Virus record (IMG/VR): IMGVR_UViG_3300013800_000004
Span: 128,001 to 148,225 of that record
DNA from: a virus
Lineage: Duplodnaviria; Heunggongvirae; Uroviricota; Caudoviricetes
Length of the DNA: 20,225 nucleotides
Strand: one strand, 5' to 3'
Numbering within the stretch: position 1 is the stretch's first letter; each line of letters opens with the position of its first letter. The position numbers were made by a program, and so were the translations under genes. Under the pieces are notes generated by a model. The model searched no databases. It was given only the letters and a program-made list of their open reading frames with translations, and had not been told where the DNA came from. Positions 1-12,300 of the stretch are shown here, in pieces.

Positions 1-408
1 AGTGGGGGCCGTAGGTTCACAGCCCTCCCCGAGGTGTATGATCGGGTGAACAGGAAGTACCGGGTACGGCGACTGTCCACCGACCCCAATCCTGTCCAGC
101 CCAAGTACAACCTACGGGCGGGGAAGGAGAGCCCTAAGATGGCCGCTGCGCGGCTTCGCGTGCGGGATGTCACCCTCCGTAAGTGGCTCACCCTTGACGG
201 GCTGCTACCCCCCACGTCTAAGGGTAACCGATGTCATTTCTACGAGGCGCCGGAGGTGTACGACCGGGTGGTCGCGAAGTACAGAACCCCCCGCAACGCC
301 CCAAAGGGTCGCCGTCACCCGCCCGCGGATGGGGACAGCCCTGCGGAGAGGAGTTCAACCAAGAGCGCCGGGGCGCTGCCCGCGACGATGACTCCACCTC
401 CCGCGTAG
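1..408 (+). CDS. Partial (5'-truncated) putative DNA-binding protein with repeated HTH-like module
   Basis: Frame 1 is open from base 1 (SGGRRFTALPEVYDRVNRKYR...). The motif PEVYDRVxxKYR occurs twice (about 28-63 and 250-285). ESPKMAAARLRVRDVTLRKWL resembles a helix-turn-helix. Stop TAG at 406-408; overlaps the convergent gene end by 94 bp. Confidence 0.6.
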   Translation, partial: SGGRRFTALPEVYDRVNRKYRVRRLSTDPNPVQPKYNLRAGKESPKMAAARLRVRDVTLRKWLTLDGLLPPTSKGNRCHFYEAPEVYDRVVAKYRTPRNAPKGRRHPPADGDSPAERSSTKSAGALPATMTPPPA

Positions 409-2861
409 CCGGTGCGGCCTTCGGAGGGCTTATCCGTGGCTCCCATCAGACCCGAGACGACCCCTTCCATCCCATTGGTGATGAGCAGGAGGACTTTGGC
501 CGAGGGAAACGAGATTTGAAACGGGATGTCCAGGTAGGTGGTAATCCGCTTGATGAGTTCCTGAATCTCCCTGACTCGCTGTTCCAGGAACGAGATCACC
601 CGAAGGATCCCATCCGCCACGTTCTGCAATCCCGCCAGCGACGCATTCAGGAAGCCCTCCACCTTGGTGAGCACTGCGAGCGCGGTGCCGGTGGGGGCTC
701 GCGCTGCGAACACTCGGACGGTCTTCCAAGAACCTTGCGCCGACCGTTGCAGGGATGTCTGGTCAGACGTGATGGCCAGGACGCTCCGCGCCTTGTCATA
801 CATGGCCTGGGGGATGAGGTCACGAGCGAACCAGTAATCAGGCTGTGCCGCGTCTGATGGACCAATCACAGGCGAGCTCCCCAGGGACGTGCCGTTGAAG
901 GTCACTCCAAACGTCCCGTTACGCCACTTGTCTGCGAGGGGCGCAAGGACAGTGGATGGGGTGATTGTCGACCAGTAGTTCCGTGTGCTGTACCTGTTCC
1001 GAGCTACCACCATCTGGGACACGTCACTGGTCTGCCCCAGGGATTCCAGGATGGTCCTGCGGAGGGCGCTGTTGCCGGACGCACCAGACACGGTGGCATC
1101 CGACCACTTCCAGTCCACGAGGTCGCGAAAGGTGTCCTGGAGGTTTAGGACCACATCCCTTGGGAGCCCCCCCTGCGTGGCAACATACCTATCCGCCAGT
1201 CGGACAATCTTCGGGTAGATGTCCTGTGCGAACGACTGCGGGGAGAGGCCCTGCGTGCTGAAGTACTCCTCGGGGTTGGTGATCCCGAGACCCCGAAATA
1301 CCTCTGTGGCAAAGCTCTCCAGCCCGCGCTCCCTGTAGGTGGGGTCGGGCACCGTGGGCTCGTTGGCGGTTACGGGGTCCGGGAGCACAAGGTCGCTGCG
1401 AGATAGGACGGCAATGGCAAGGGCCGTCTGGAGAGCCCGACCGTACAGGTCGTTGACCGCACTCGGGATGGTCACCTCCAGCACAGAACTTGGTGTCCCG
1501 AAGTCGGCAGTGCCTGGGTTGCCCTGACCTTGGGCACCGCCGATGTGGGTCAGGATGCTGTCGTCAGTGGTCCGAGCGAGCGGCTTCCACTTGGACCCAT
1601 CCTGGTTGTAGTTGGTCTCGGTGACGCGGTCGGTCACCGGAGTGACTCGCACGTACACCGCCGTGGGTGTGGTGGCAAGGTTTGTGTCAATCTCGCCGTT
1701 GACGATAGGGCAGTACCGCGGGAGGTCATCGACGTTGAGCCTGATGCTGTATGTCCCCCCAGAGATCATCTGGACGAGGGTGCTGTCGCTGCCGACGTAG
1801 AACGACCGCTGGTTGTAGTAGGTGGCCCCCTGCTTCCCAAAAGCCTTGCGGATCACCTCTGGGTTGGATGCGTCACGGAAGAAGAACGCCGGATGTTCCC
1901 CCGATGGGAGTGTGCTTCCAGGGGTGAACCCACTGGGCCAAAGGAGGTCTGGGGTCAGCAAGAGGCTGTCTTCCCCACCGAAAATCACCAAGGGGCGGCC
2001 CGTGTCCGCGACTTGGTACTGCCCGGTGGTGTACGACTGCGCACCAGTTGAGCCCGTGCCATTAGGCCCACCCGTCCCTGACGTAGTGGGGGCCATCCAG
2101 CCTACATGGAACCCCGTCGGGTAGCACGACACCTCGACAATGAACGCGCTAGGGGGGACAACAGGGTTGGGGTCTTGGTCGCTCCCACCAGGGGCCGCGG
2201 CCACGTTCCACAGCACCTCAATGGTAGACCTCCCCATGAGGGACGACAACGCCGTGGTGAAATCCTGGGTCGAGGTGTTGGTGGGTGACCCATACTCCAC
2301 CCGAAGGTTCGTCGCCACGGGGAGGCTGGAGTTGATGCCTCCTGTGGAGAGGCCCAGCAAGGATGAGAACGCCCGAAGGAACTGCCTGAGGGGTGCAAAC
2401 TTCTTGGGGTCTACCAAGTCATCCACAAAGGACACGTCCACACCAACGTAGTAGAACAACGCCAGCACGGTGCTGGACCCAGTGAAGTTGGGTCGGTTGG
2501 GGTCGTTCCGGTTGTTGAGGTGGGTCAACATCCGACGCTCGTAGGCGGGGTAACCACCCTTGAGGTTTGACACCCCCCTTCGGAGGAGGTCGTTGTCACC
2601 AAGATTGACGTACAGACCCAAGGAGAACAGGTCTCGGATGAGGTTCCGCAGGGAGGCGACGAGTTGATTGGCCAGGGCCCGTGCAAGGTTGAGATTGGAC
2701 GTGACGAAGGTCTTGACCACCTCGCCCACCGTGAGTGCAATCTCCAGGGCCGTGTTGACGAGCTCCAAGAATGTCTTGACTGCCTGAACGGCATCCACAA
2801 CGTCTTGGGAGACGATCTGGATGTCCAGCCCACCCCATACTGCGACCGTGTCAGACATCAC
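315..2861 (-). CDS. 848-aa putative virion (tail/baseplate-associated) protein with similar N- and C-terminal amphipathic helical modules
   Basis: Long ORF whose GTG start overlaps the upstream stop (GTGA). Both termini show W-x-long amphipathic helices-beta-G(G)-helix-D/N-x-R/K-P-hydrophobic strand. The middle is beta/Gly/Thr rich. Function is inferred from context only. Confidence 0.7.
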   Translation of the reverse strand: MMSDTVAVWGGLDIQIVSQDVVDAVQAVKTFLELVNTALEIALTVGEVVKTFVTSNLNLARALANQLVASLRNLIRDLFSLGLYVNLGDNDLLRRGVSNLKGGYPAYERRMLTHLNNRNDPNRPNFTGSSTVLALFYYVGVDVSFVDDLVDPKKFAPLRQFLRAFSSLLGLSTGGINSSLPVATNLRVEYGSPTNTSTQDFTTALSSLMGRSTIEVLWNVAAAPGGSDQDPNPVVPPSAFIVEVSCYPTGFHVGWMAPTTSGTGGPNGTGSTGAQSYTTGQYQVADTGRPLVIFGGEDSLLLTPDLLWPSGFTPGSTLPSGEHPAFFFRDASNPEVIRKAFGKQGATYYNQRSFYVGSDSTLVQMISGGTYSIRLNVDDLPRYCPIVNGEIDTNLATTPTAVYVRVTPVTDRVTETNYNQDGSKWKPLARTTDDSILTHIGGAQGQGNPGTADFGTPSSVLEVTIPSAVNDLYGRALQTALAIAVLSRSDLVLPDPVTANEPTVPDPTYRERGLESFATEVFRGLGITNPEEYFSTQGLSPQSFAQDIYPKIVRLADRYVATQGGLPRDVVLNLQDTFRDLVDWKWSDATVSGASGNSALRRTILESLGQTSDVSQMVVARNRYSTRNYWSTITPSTVLAPLADKWRNGTFGVTFNGTSLGSSPVIGPSDAAQPDYWFARDLIPQAMYDKARSVLAITSDQTSLQRSAQGSWKTVRVFAARAPTGTALAVLTKVEGFLNASLAGLQNVADGILRVISFLEQRVREIQELIKRITTYLDIPFQISFPSAKVLLLITNGMEGVVSGLMGATDKPSEGRTGYAGGGVIVAGSAPALLVELLSAGLSPSAGG

Positions 2862-3073
2862 CCAAGACCATGTAGTGAAGGGTTACCGAACAGGATGGAC
2901 AGGAGTTCAGCCTCGTTGCGCGCATCATCCATGGACTTCTGAGCGTCTGCCAAGGTCGCACCTTGGCAGAGTGCTGTGTCGAGGGATTTCGCGGCGGCGC
3001 GGAACTCCTCCGCGGTGCCTCCCATGAGGAACGAAAAGTAGTGGCTCTTGAACGCCTCGATCACAGCGGTCAC
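2858..3073 (-). CDS. 71-aa hypothetical helical protein
   Basis: GTGA overlaps with both neighbours and fills the gap exactly. Confidence 0.7.
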   Translation of the reverse strand: MTAVIEAFKSHYFSFLMGGTAEEFRAAAKSLDTALCQGATLADAQKSMDDARNEAELLSILFGNPSLHGLG

Positions 3074-3312
3074 GTCCCACCACCGTTCTTGATCCGCTCC
3101 AGGTCGATGCGGGCTTGTTCGAGCTTCAAGAGGTCATCGTTCAGCTGCGCCTCCAGGACTTCCCGAAGCTGTGTGAGAACCTCCCGTTGCCGGAGCACGG
3201 ATGGGAGGTTTGCGACGTCCAACGGACGGGTCTCCATCCATGTGGGGGCACCCTCCAGGTTGACTCCAAGGGCCTTGAGCTTTGCCAGAACTTCCGGGTC
3301 AATCACGATCAC
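3070..3312 (-). CDS. 80-aa coiled-coil protein (possible assembly chaperone)
   Basis: GTG start 5 nt after the giant gene stop, with an AGCAGGT SD-like sequence. Heptad-like LTQLREVLEAQLNDDLLKLEQARIDLERIK. Confidence 0.75.
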   Translation of the reverse strand: MIVIDPEVLAKLKALGVNLEGAPTWMETRPLDVANLPSVLRQREVLTQLREVLEAQLNDDLLKLEQARIDLERIKNGGGT

Positions 3313-3317
3313 ACCTG

Positions 3318-6300
3318 CTAGCTGCTGAGCTTGATTGACTGTACAGCCGCGAGGGCGAGCTCTGCCTCAGCTTGTTGCTTGGGGAGTTCCACATCGAACC
3401 GCCGGATGGCCGCGAGAGTGCCCTTCACCCGATCTGTCCTCAGGGACAGCCATGAGAACCGGGTGGCCCGGAGCTTGTTCTGCCCGTCCAGAGCGTTGTT
3501 TACCCGGTCTACAAGTACGGGCCGCCCGCCGTTGGTGGTGAAGCTCGCATAGGGGGTGGCCGACAACGGGGGGGTGAGGGTGTCCAGCCGGAAATCCAGG
3601 CCCCAGAACCTCCGGTCGAGAATGGACAAGCAATCACTGGTGTTGACGAACGGCGCCACGTCCCAGCGCCCCACAATCCCGTGGAGGTATGGGTTGGTGA
3701 GAAGTCCGAGCCCGCTTTCTGGATCCGTGGTGAGCCCGAGGTCGGAGACGTGGCGATCTCGCTGGAACACATAGTACGTGCCGTACTTGAACGACACGCT
3801 GCGAATCTCCTCCATCCATGAGAGCATCCGTTCCCGCATGGACAAGATGAGCTCAACCGTTTGTGTGGACAGGAGCTTGGTTGGGCGGATCACCCGGTAC
3901 GAGAAGGGTGCGACCGAGTACGGGGTGGTCGTGAACGAGTTGCCCACCGCAAGCTGTGTCCTGCGCAGATCCATCTGCCCCTCGTGAGGGCCAGCCGGGA
4001 GGGTGCTAGCGTTGATGGTCGGGTACACCACATACTCGTTCGGGGCAGTCCCAAGAATCACGTCCGCCCCACCTGCAAGGCCCCCGAAGGCGCTCACTGT
4101 GAGGGCGTGGGCCGCCACCGAGTCCACCTTGTAGTAGCCGCGATTGTCGTCCGCCCTTACGGGTGCCCCGGCTGTGTACGATGCCGGGCGCACACTCACA
4201 CCGCTGTCCCCGAACGGACGGCGACCGCGCTGCAATGGCGTGGCAGGGCCTCCGGGGCCTGCGAGGGGGCCAGCCGGATCAACCACCACGATGTCGCCCT
4301 CTGCGATGTCCCGGGTGGAGAAGTTCACCCCGATGTCTTCAAGGACGTTGACCGTCGTGGGCACGCTCCCCCCCGTTTGTGCCGTGTAGTCCGCCACGCG
4401 CGTGGCCATCACCTTGTCGGTCGCGTACCCGAGTAGCTCCTCGTTCGACTGCTCGTGTGGCACGGGAGGCACCCTGAGGTACACCTCAAAGCGGTCGCCG
4501 GGAGTAACCGTCACCTTGCGAGATAGGGTGAGGGTGGTGGCGCCCGTCACCTTCACCACCTCTGCACGGGCATACACTTCTCCCGAAGCGTTGAGGAATC
4601 GCACCTCGTCACCGGGGTTCACATTCACGAGCGTGTCGGTGAAGTCCCCCAGTTGGGTCGCGGACGTCCCACCTGTTACACTTGGTGGCACCTCTCCATT
4701 GACGGGTGCAGCCGTGAGGGTGCTGTACCCACCAGAGGGTGTGACCGTGTCGACGATGCCGCGACGGATCTCGTAGCTGTACCGAAGGACTTGGAGCCTC
4801 GTCCCGAAGTCGTTGCCAAGGGCATGGAAGCGACGGGGGCGGCGCACCTCAATCTCGGTGAACTCAAGCAGGTAGTTGCCGAGAGTGGGGGCCAGGAAGT
4901 AGTCGGCCAGACGCCGGGTGCCCACCTGACCGGAAGGCAGGGAGTTTCCGGCGTCCACCACGTTGACGTTGCCTGAGGCCATGTCATTGGTGTCCCGGGG
5001 GAACGAGGGCTCGACGTAGATGCCCGCCGCACCCGAGTAGTCGATCTCCCATTGGTCACCTGGGAGGATGCACTGTGTACCCGTGGGGGTGAAGGGTGCT
5101 CCCAAGGGGGTGTGCAGTGCCTCCCACTGAAGGGTCACAAGATCGACCTCGATTGCCCCAGGCACTTCGTCGTACACGGCGATGTCAAGGGATGGGACAA
5201 ACGACTCGCTACCGGACTTCACCCGCTGGTACACGTCGATATTGGAACCCAATCCCGTGGGGTTGAGATCCCCAATCGCAGAGGCGTTCCATGTGTGAAC
5301 GACACCGCTTGACGCCCGGGACACCCGCAGAGTGCGAATGCCAAACACAGCGAGTGTCCCGGCGATGCTGGTGTAACCAGGGAGGTTCGCGGGGATGGCG
5401 GCGCTGTGCGGGTTCATCGGGAGGGTGGTGAAGCCCGAGACCTTCATGCCCGACGAAACAAGGTTGTCGAACTGCGCATCAGTGATGCCCACCCCAAGGG
5501 CATCCTGGAAGTTCGACAACCCCAAGAACTTGTTGGTACCAGGGTCGAAGCTGGCGTAGTCGGCGCTCACCACGGAGTCCTGGAAGACCGTGGGGTTTGT
5601 GCTATCCAGCCCCGACTCGTTCGTGATCACATACACCCTCCCGACAGCAGGGAAGACGTGGGTTTGGGTCACTGGGGCGTCGAGCCACCCGCTGACCGCT
5701 GGCAGTTGGGCGATGTCCGACACGGAGAGGGTGAGCAGACCAAGGTTGAACCCCGTCACCGTAGGGAAGGTGAAGGGCATCCAGCCGTTGTCATAGTCGC
5801 CGTTGGTGTCCGGGGTGGTGAACGTCTCTTGGGTCTCTTGTGACTTTGTGTTGGGGACCATCACGGCACGGACAAGGTGCGTACCCGCCTTGGTGTTGGC
5901 GTTCGGGAGGGGAGTGGCCGGGAACGTCAGGCTGGAGTTCTTGGCCGTGACAATATCCCCAGGGAGCACCCGAGACATCGCCCCGCGGGTAACCATCACA
6001 GGGTCCACCACGAACCTGTCCACGATGCGTGGCGCGAAGTTGCCCTGACTCTGACGCGCCGAGGCATACGGGGGGTTGTCCACCCTGTCAGAACCCGCGT
6101 CGGCCAGAAGAATCGGACCATCCTCGTCCTGGCGAGACGAGGGGGCGGCGCTGTACGTCACGTCTGTCCCGTTGATCGGGGTGTTCCCGTGTCCCTCGTA
6201 AGCCATCACCTTCAGAGTGCCCACACCAGCCGCGAAAGTGCCAACCCCATAAGGGGTGATGCCCGCACGGGATGCAAAGGTGAAGGCGGTGCCGCCGTTC

Positions 6301-9300
6301 ACTTCTGCAATCTCGTTCAGCGTCGAGAATGCTGAGGTGATGCCCAAGCCCGAGTCAAACACACCCGCATCAAATCCAATCGTGGTGAGGGCGCAAGCGA
6401 TGGAGTCTCCTCCTGGGGTCGTTGCCCCTCGCGGTCGCGCCGTGCGGGTGTCAATGGTGCCGTGCAGAGTGAGGCGGTCGTCACCAATGTACATGGTCTC
6501 CGTCCCGCCCGAGCTTGCACTCCCTGAGTCTGCGTCAATGCCAGTGTTCAACGGCCCAATCTTGGTCACACCGGGCGCGGGGGTCACAGACACCCCGAAG
6601 GCGGCAAAGTCGAAGAAGGGCAGCGGGGTGTCCACCACGATCTGTTGCGTGAGGAAATACAGGTTGCCGCTTTGCGAGGTTGCGCCGTTGTCCCCCGATA
6701 CGCTGAAGGCGCACAGGGTGATGTCGGGGTTCTGGGTTTGGAGGTCCAGCAACACGCTGGAGGCGACCGGGAAGTTGCCCGACGTGGTGTTGACGAACTT
6801 CAATCGGACCTTGTTGGGCTTGTCCCCCACCGTGAAGTAGTCATTGAACCCGCCCACCGGAGTAGGGAGCACGCCACCCCCCGCGCCGTCGTCAAATACC
6901 ATCACCGATGTGGCAATGCCCGAGAGGGTGAAGGTCGTGCGGGTCAGTGGGGCGATGACGTTGGTGTCCTCAGTCACGGTCACGCCCGTGAGGTACGTCG
7001 GGTCGGTCCACGCTTGGATGTTCTCCACCACGAGCGATGCCTTGGCCCCGAGCGATGTGCGCGTCACGAACCTTGGAGGCTCAATGACGTTGCTCCCGTA
7101 GTCCACGGCGCCCACGGTGCGAATGCCCGTCGCCCCAGCGGGGAATGAACCCCCACCTGTCCCTTCTTGGATGAAGACGATGTCGTAGGGCTTCACGTCG
7201 CCCGTGCCTGTGTGGGCGACGTACCCCGGATTGAGGGCCACAGTTCCTTTGAGGGCGGCGGGGGTGGCGGGGTCCGTGGCCGACACGACACCCGCGTTGT
7301 CCAGAACCTCGTCCGGGTAGACGGCCTCGACCGTGTAGTTGGTGAAGCCCGCAGGGGCTGGGTTACCTACGGGCGGGGTGGGGGATTCCGCGTCAACAAC
7401 CGCGATGCCCAAGGGCATGGCATCGCCCAGCACGGCGAGTTCCGTGGGTGTGATTCCGTAGTACGGGAGGGAGTAGTCTCCCGAGTCCAGACGCGCCACG
7501 CCGCGAAGGGCGGGGATGTTTGAGGGTGCCGTATCCCCGTTTTGGAACGTCACCTGTGCTTGAAGAGTGGCGAGGGGGGGCGGAGGCTTCTGACCCGTGA
7601 TCTCCTTGATGCCAAAGATGAACGGGTCACTCCACGAGGGGAGGGTGGCGTCCACCAAAGAGCCCGTGCGACCGTCCAGGTTCACGTCGGTCCCCATCCG
7701 GTACCCCGGAAGAGACTGCGTGTACGTCCCAAGCTGTGCCGTGGTGGGCGGATCGCTCACGCCCGTGAGGACGGCTCCTGTAGTGGGCACCACAAACAAG
7801 GTGTCGCCAAGTTCTGCCGTGAGGGGTCTGCCCGTGTCAGGAGTGGTGAGAAGAACAAGGGTGGCAGGGTCGGTGATAGAGACGAACCCTCCCGTGTTGA
7901 TGTCGTAGCTCTTGAGGGTGACGATGCAGCCCTGGAGGATGGCGTCCACGAACACGCCTGCGAACACGGGGCTGCCCCCCACGGTGACGGTCGTGATTGG
8001 AGGCACGCCCGTGAAGCCCAGCCCGAACACCTTGCCGTCAGGCGTCCCGAGGGAGACTTGGTCTCCCGGACGGAACGGGGGTGTATGGAGGGTGGGGTCG
8101 CCTGTCTCAAGGTCGAACAACGTCCCCGAGTTCGAGTACAGCTTGGAGAAGTCCGGTGTCCCGTCTGAGAGCATCGGGAACTGGTCCACGGTGAGCACCG
8201 TGGCCAGGAACGCCGGGTCGGCCGTGGTGCCTGAGTACCCCGTGGGTGAGTACGAGATCACCCGAGCGCGTGCGCGGCGGTCCTGAACCACGGCACCAAG
8301 CACGCTAGTGAGGTTGCCTCGCACCGGGTTGGACAGTTGGGCGATGGGCTGCCCCGAAGTGCTCTGGTAACTCACGGAGCCCGCACCCAGGTCCACCGAG
8401 ATTTTCCCGAACGAGTACACCCCATTGGTGCCCGTGCTTGGGTCATATCCAATGCCAGGGTTGGTGGTCGTGAACCCGTAGGTGAGCTCCGGGAAGATCC
8501 GGGAGAACACCGAGGGGGAGCTCAGCCCCTGGTAGGTGCCGTACTGAGTCACCTGGAAGTGAATGAAGCCCGTGAGAGACACCTGTGTGTCACGCAGTCC
8601 CGTGAGGACCACATCGTCCACATCGTTCTTGATGTACGTCCGCTGTTGAGCACTGAGGGTGCCCAGGGTGGCTGTGTCGAGCGCCTTGCCCTCGGGGTTC
8701 CCATTGCCGTCCAGGGTGGCTGTGACCGGGTTGGTCACCGGGTCCGAGGAGATGAGAGCGATGGGGGCCGTGCGGTAGCTGTTCCACACATCACTCCAGA
8801 TGTTCCTTGGGTTGAGAGCGCCTGTGATGCTGTCCTCGTAGCCCGGGGGGGTCCAGAGGTCGTCCTTCCCCATCCACAGACGGAGCTTCCCATCCCGGTC
8901 ACCCACGGGGTTGCCTGTGAGGTTCTCCAGGACTTGCTCGAACGAACTCACCACACCGTTGTAGTAGCGGAGGAACGTGCGGGTCACCCGATCACGGGAT
9001 ACCAAGTCCTGTCGCTGTGACGGGAGGCTGGCCGTCCCCTGTGCGGACGGGGGGATCTTGGAGATTCCCCCCACCGAAGGATTGGTGCCGACCGAGCTCT
9101 GGGTCACCCCACGGACGATGGAGTCGGACGTTTCCGTGATATACACGGACAAGGGGACCGACCGTGCGTAGAAGCTGTCGGGCGAGTCGAAGGTGTAGGT
9201 CGCCTGAAGGATGGCGTGCAAGCGCCCGTTGGTGGTCGACGGGGGGTCAATAGCCGCGGCGCTTGCACTCACCCGGGGGTACTGCACCACGTCTTGGTAG

Positions 9301-12300
9301 ACGAACGGCGCGAGGGAGTCCTGCTTCGTCCGGTAGAACCGGAGCGAGCTACCAGCGGTGATACCACCCTGTCGGGGTTGCTTGAGGGTGAGGGTGCCCG
9401 ACGTGGGGTCCACACTGTAGTCCACCCCCTCTGAAAGGGTCACCCCCGGCGTAGTGCCTTGGAAGAGCACCACTTCGTAGGGCTCAGTCGGAACGAAGGG
9501 GCCCGACCCGACGAACACGGCCCCCCCCGACGGGTACACAGGACGGACGGAGATCCGAGCGAGCCCAGTGTCCATCCCCAGTGTCCATGCCATCGCAATA
9601 GGGGACGGTGACCCAAGGGTGATGTCCGTGTAAGTGCCATCCACCAGATCGCTCTTGGCGATGAGGAATGGGACGCCGAACATCTCAATGACGTGTCCCA
9701 CCACGGCGTACCGGGTCAGGTCACCATTGAACCGCACGGTTGACTGCCCGGGGGTGACCGGCTGGAACACCGGCACTCCCGCGAGCCCATAGGCGTCGGT
9801 GATCTTGGGGAGGAAGCCCGTGTCTGCCGGGGTGAGGTAGGCGCCACCCGCCGGGTCCACCACGGGGGTGATGGGCCGGTCGGTCAACAAGTTGGTCGGG
9901 GGCTCGCTGGGCGAGAGGGTCCCCACGCCATTCACCGGGGCGGGAAACACCGTAACCGTGGTGACGTCCGTGGTGGCGTTGTAGGAGGATTCCTGGACGT
10001 ATGTGATGTAGTTGTCGAGACGGAGGATCTTCCCGGCCACCATCTCCGCGGTGCGGTTGGTATCCAGGACGAACGTGGGGCTGCCCGCCGCGATACGAAA
10101 CGGAGGACGCCACACCGGACCTTGAGACACGGTGTACGACGTCTCACCACCGTTGGCCTCAAACACAGCGTACGTGATCAGCACCCTGGTGGCGAGATCC
10201 GGGACGGGGGCAACCAGCAAGAAGGTGTTGTCAGATGGCGAAACCACCACGCCAGGGGGGTTCCCATACGTCACCAACGACGCCCCGACCCACACCGATG
10301 GAGCAACGTCGGTGTCCAGGGTCTTGCCCAAGGGGTTGAAGCTGAACAACTGCTGTGAGATCCGGGTGGGCACCTCACGGCGCACAAACACGGGCAAGAA
10401 CTCCGTGACCAAGACCGGATTCCCTGCGGAGTCCAGGTACAGGTCGCCAGAGTCGGGAATGGCCCGGTAGTACGTGGCCTCGACCAACTGCCCACTCTCC
10501 ATGGGCCTGCTGAACGTGAACGACCCAAGGATGGGGTTCATGTACACGGTCTCATAGGTCTGGAGGTCTACGAGGTAGACAGTCGAGCCCGTGTTGTCAG
10601 AGATGTCCACTGCGTTGAGGGACACGTCTCCCGTAAACGGCGAGAGCTCCCCCGTGTGTGCGGGGACATCGGCGTGCGGCAGAACTTCTTGGCGAAATAC
10701 CACAGAGGCAGACTGGTAGCTGGCCTCGACGGTGCTCCCAAACCGCAGTTCTCCCGTGGTGGTCAGGTACTGCACTTCTCCCGCGGGGCACGGCAAGACG
10801 AAGTTCGCCACACCCACGAGATCCACACCGTGGACGAACTCCGTGGTGCCAACCACCACGGAGAACGAACCCGTCGAGAACCTGGGGTTGGCAGTGGGCA
10901 CGAACAACGCACCGTTGGCCAGTACACCCAACACAGTGCTGGTCAGGATGGTCAGCGGGTAGTTGGTGCCACTCTGCCCAAACCGTGCTGCCAGCGTGCG
11001 GCCCGAGTTCGCCGTGGGGAGGTCCACCTCAGAGAGGGTCGTGCCAGCCACGCCCAGACTTGTGAGGATACGAACCTCGAAGGGTTCCGTCGGGAGGTGG
11101 TTGAAGTCGTTGTACACGGCATCTGCCGCCACTGCCGGGTTGATGGCCCCTGGTGCCACCCCGCGGTAGAGCTCCCACGTCTCGTTGCCCGTTGACGTCA
11201 ACGGGAAGTTGGGGGTGACTGTGATTGTGTTGGCCGTTTGGCTAACCACCAAGTACGACCCCTGGGAGCCGCCCGTCGTCACCTTGAGGCGGTCGCCGGG
11301 TTGTGCGGTGTTGACCACCGAGGTGTCGGTCAACACATCTGCACCGCCTACCACCGCCCCCCGGTAGCCCGTCTGGAACTTGGGTCCAACGCGCTCGATG
11401 AGGATGGCCGTGCCCGAGCCGTTGGGGACCAGGAAGTCCGTCCCCAATGCCAGGGAGCTCACCCCGCCGCCGTCCTTGGACACCCGGAGGTAGCCACCCA
11501 TGCGGGTGTAGAACGTCTCGGGGACCACACCGCTCTGCCCCAGGTCGATGGACGACACCGGGGACAGAACTTGGCCCGCGAACGTGAACGGGGACAGCCA
11601 CCCGAACCGCGATTGGTCGAACTGGTACACCACGTCCGTCCAGGGCTTGAGGGTGGACTGGACCTGGGTGTTCGTGGGGGAGCTCACACCCGACAAGGCG
11701 AAGAACACGCCCGTGTCGTAGCCCGCGATGTCCTCCCTTGGGGGGTACGTCAGAAGCTGGTACGGGACCGAGGTGATGTCCTCGGACAGGGTGGCGTCCG
11801 TCACCCGATACGTCGCCCGCACGTCCGGGATGCCCTGTGAACCGTCCAGGTTGTTGGGGCTGCGGTAGAGCCCGAACGACACACCCGAGTCGGGAAGCCA
11901 GTTGGGGTCCCGTGCGCTGTGGTTCCAAGACAGCGGGTCGGACACATACCACCCGGGAGGGAGTCCGATGGCCCGGCACCCCTCTTCGTTGAACCCGATG
12001 GACACCGTTCCATTGATGAGGGGAGACCCGATGTACAGGTAGCCGTTGAGGTTGCCCACGGTCGCCGCGGGAACCAGCGGGGTCAGGAGGGTCACCGCTT
12101 GGTCCGTGGTGTACGTCCCAGCCGTGAGGGTCACGTTGTACACGGTGCCATCCACCGAGAAGGTGAACGTCTCACCGTTGAAGGTGTACACGTCCCGGAC
12201 GCGCGAGAACACCCGAGCCGCATCGGGGTACTGCGCCGGGGTGAGGATGGCCTGGGAGAAGTACACGTTGTGCCCGTTGAGCACCTGTGCGAGCCCGTAG

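Noticed and set aside
918-925. Intragenic partial matches to the junction motif (gttacgcc here, ttacgcc near 16583)
   Set aside because: Inside coding sequence, lacking the (T/C)AC extension and not near a start; expected by chance.
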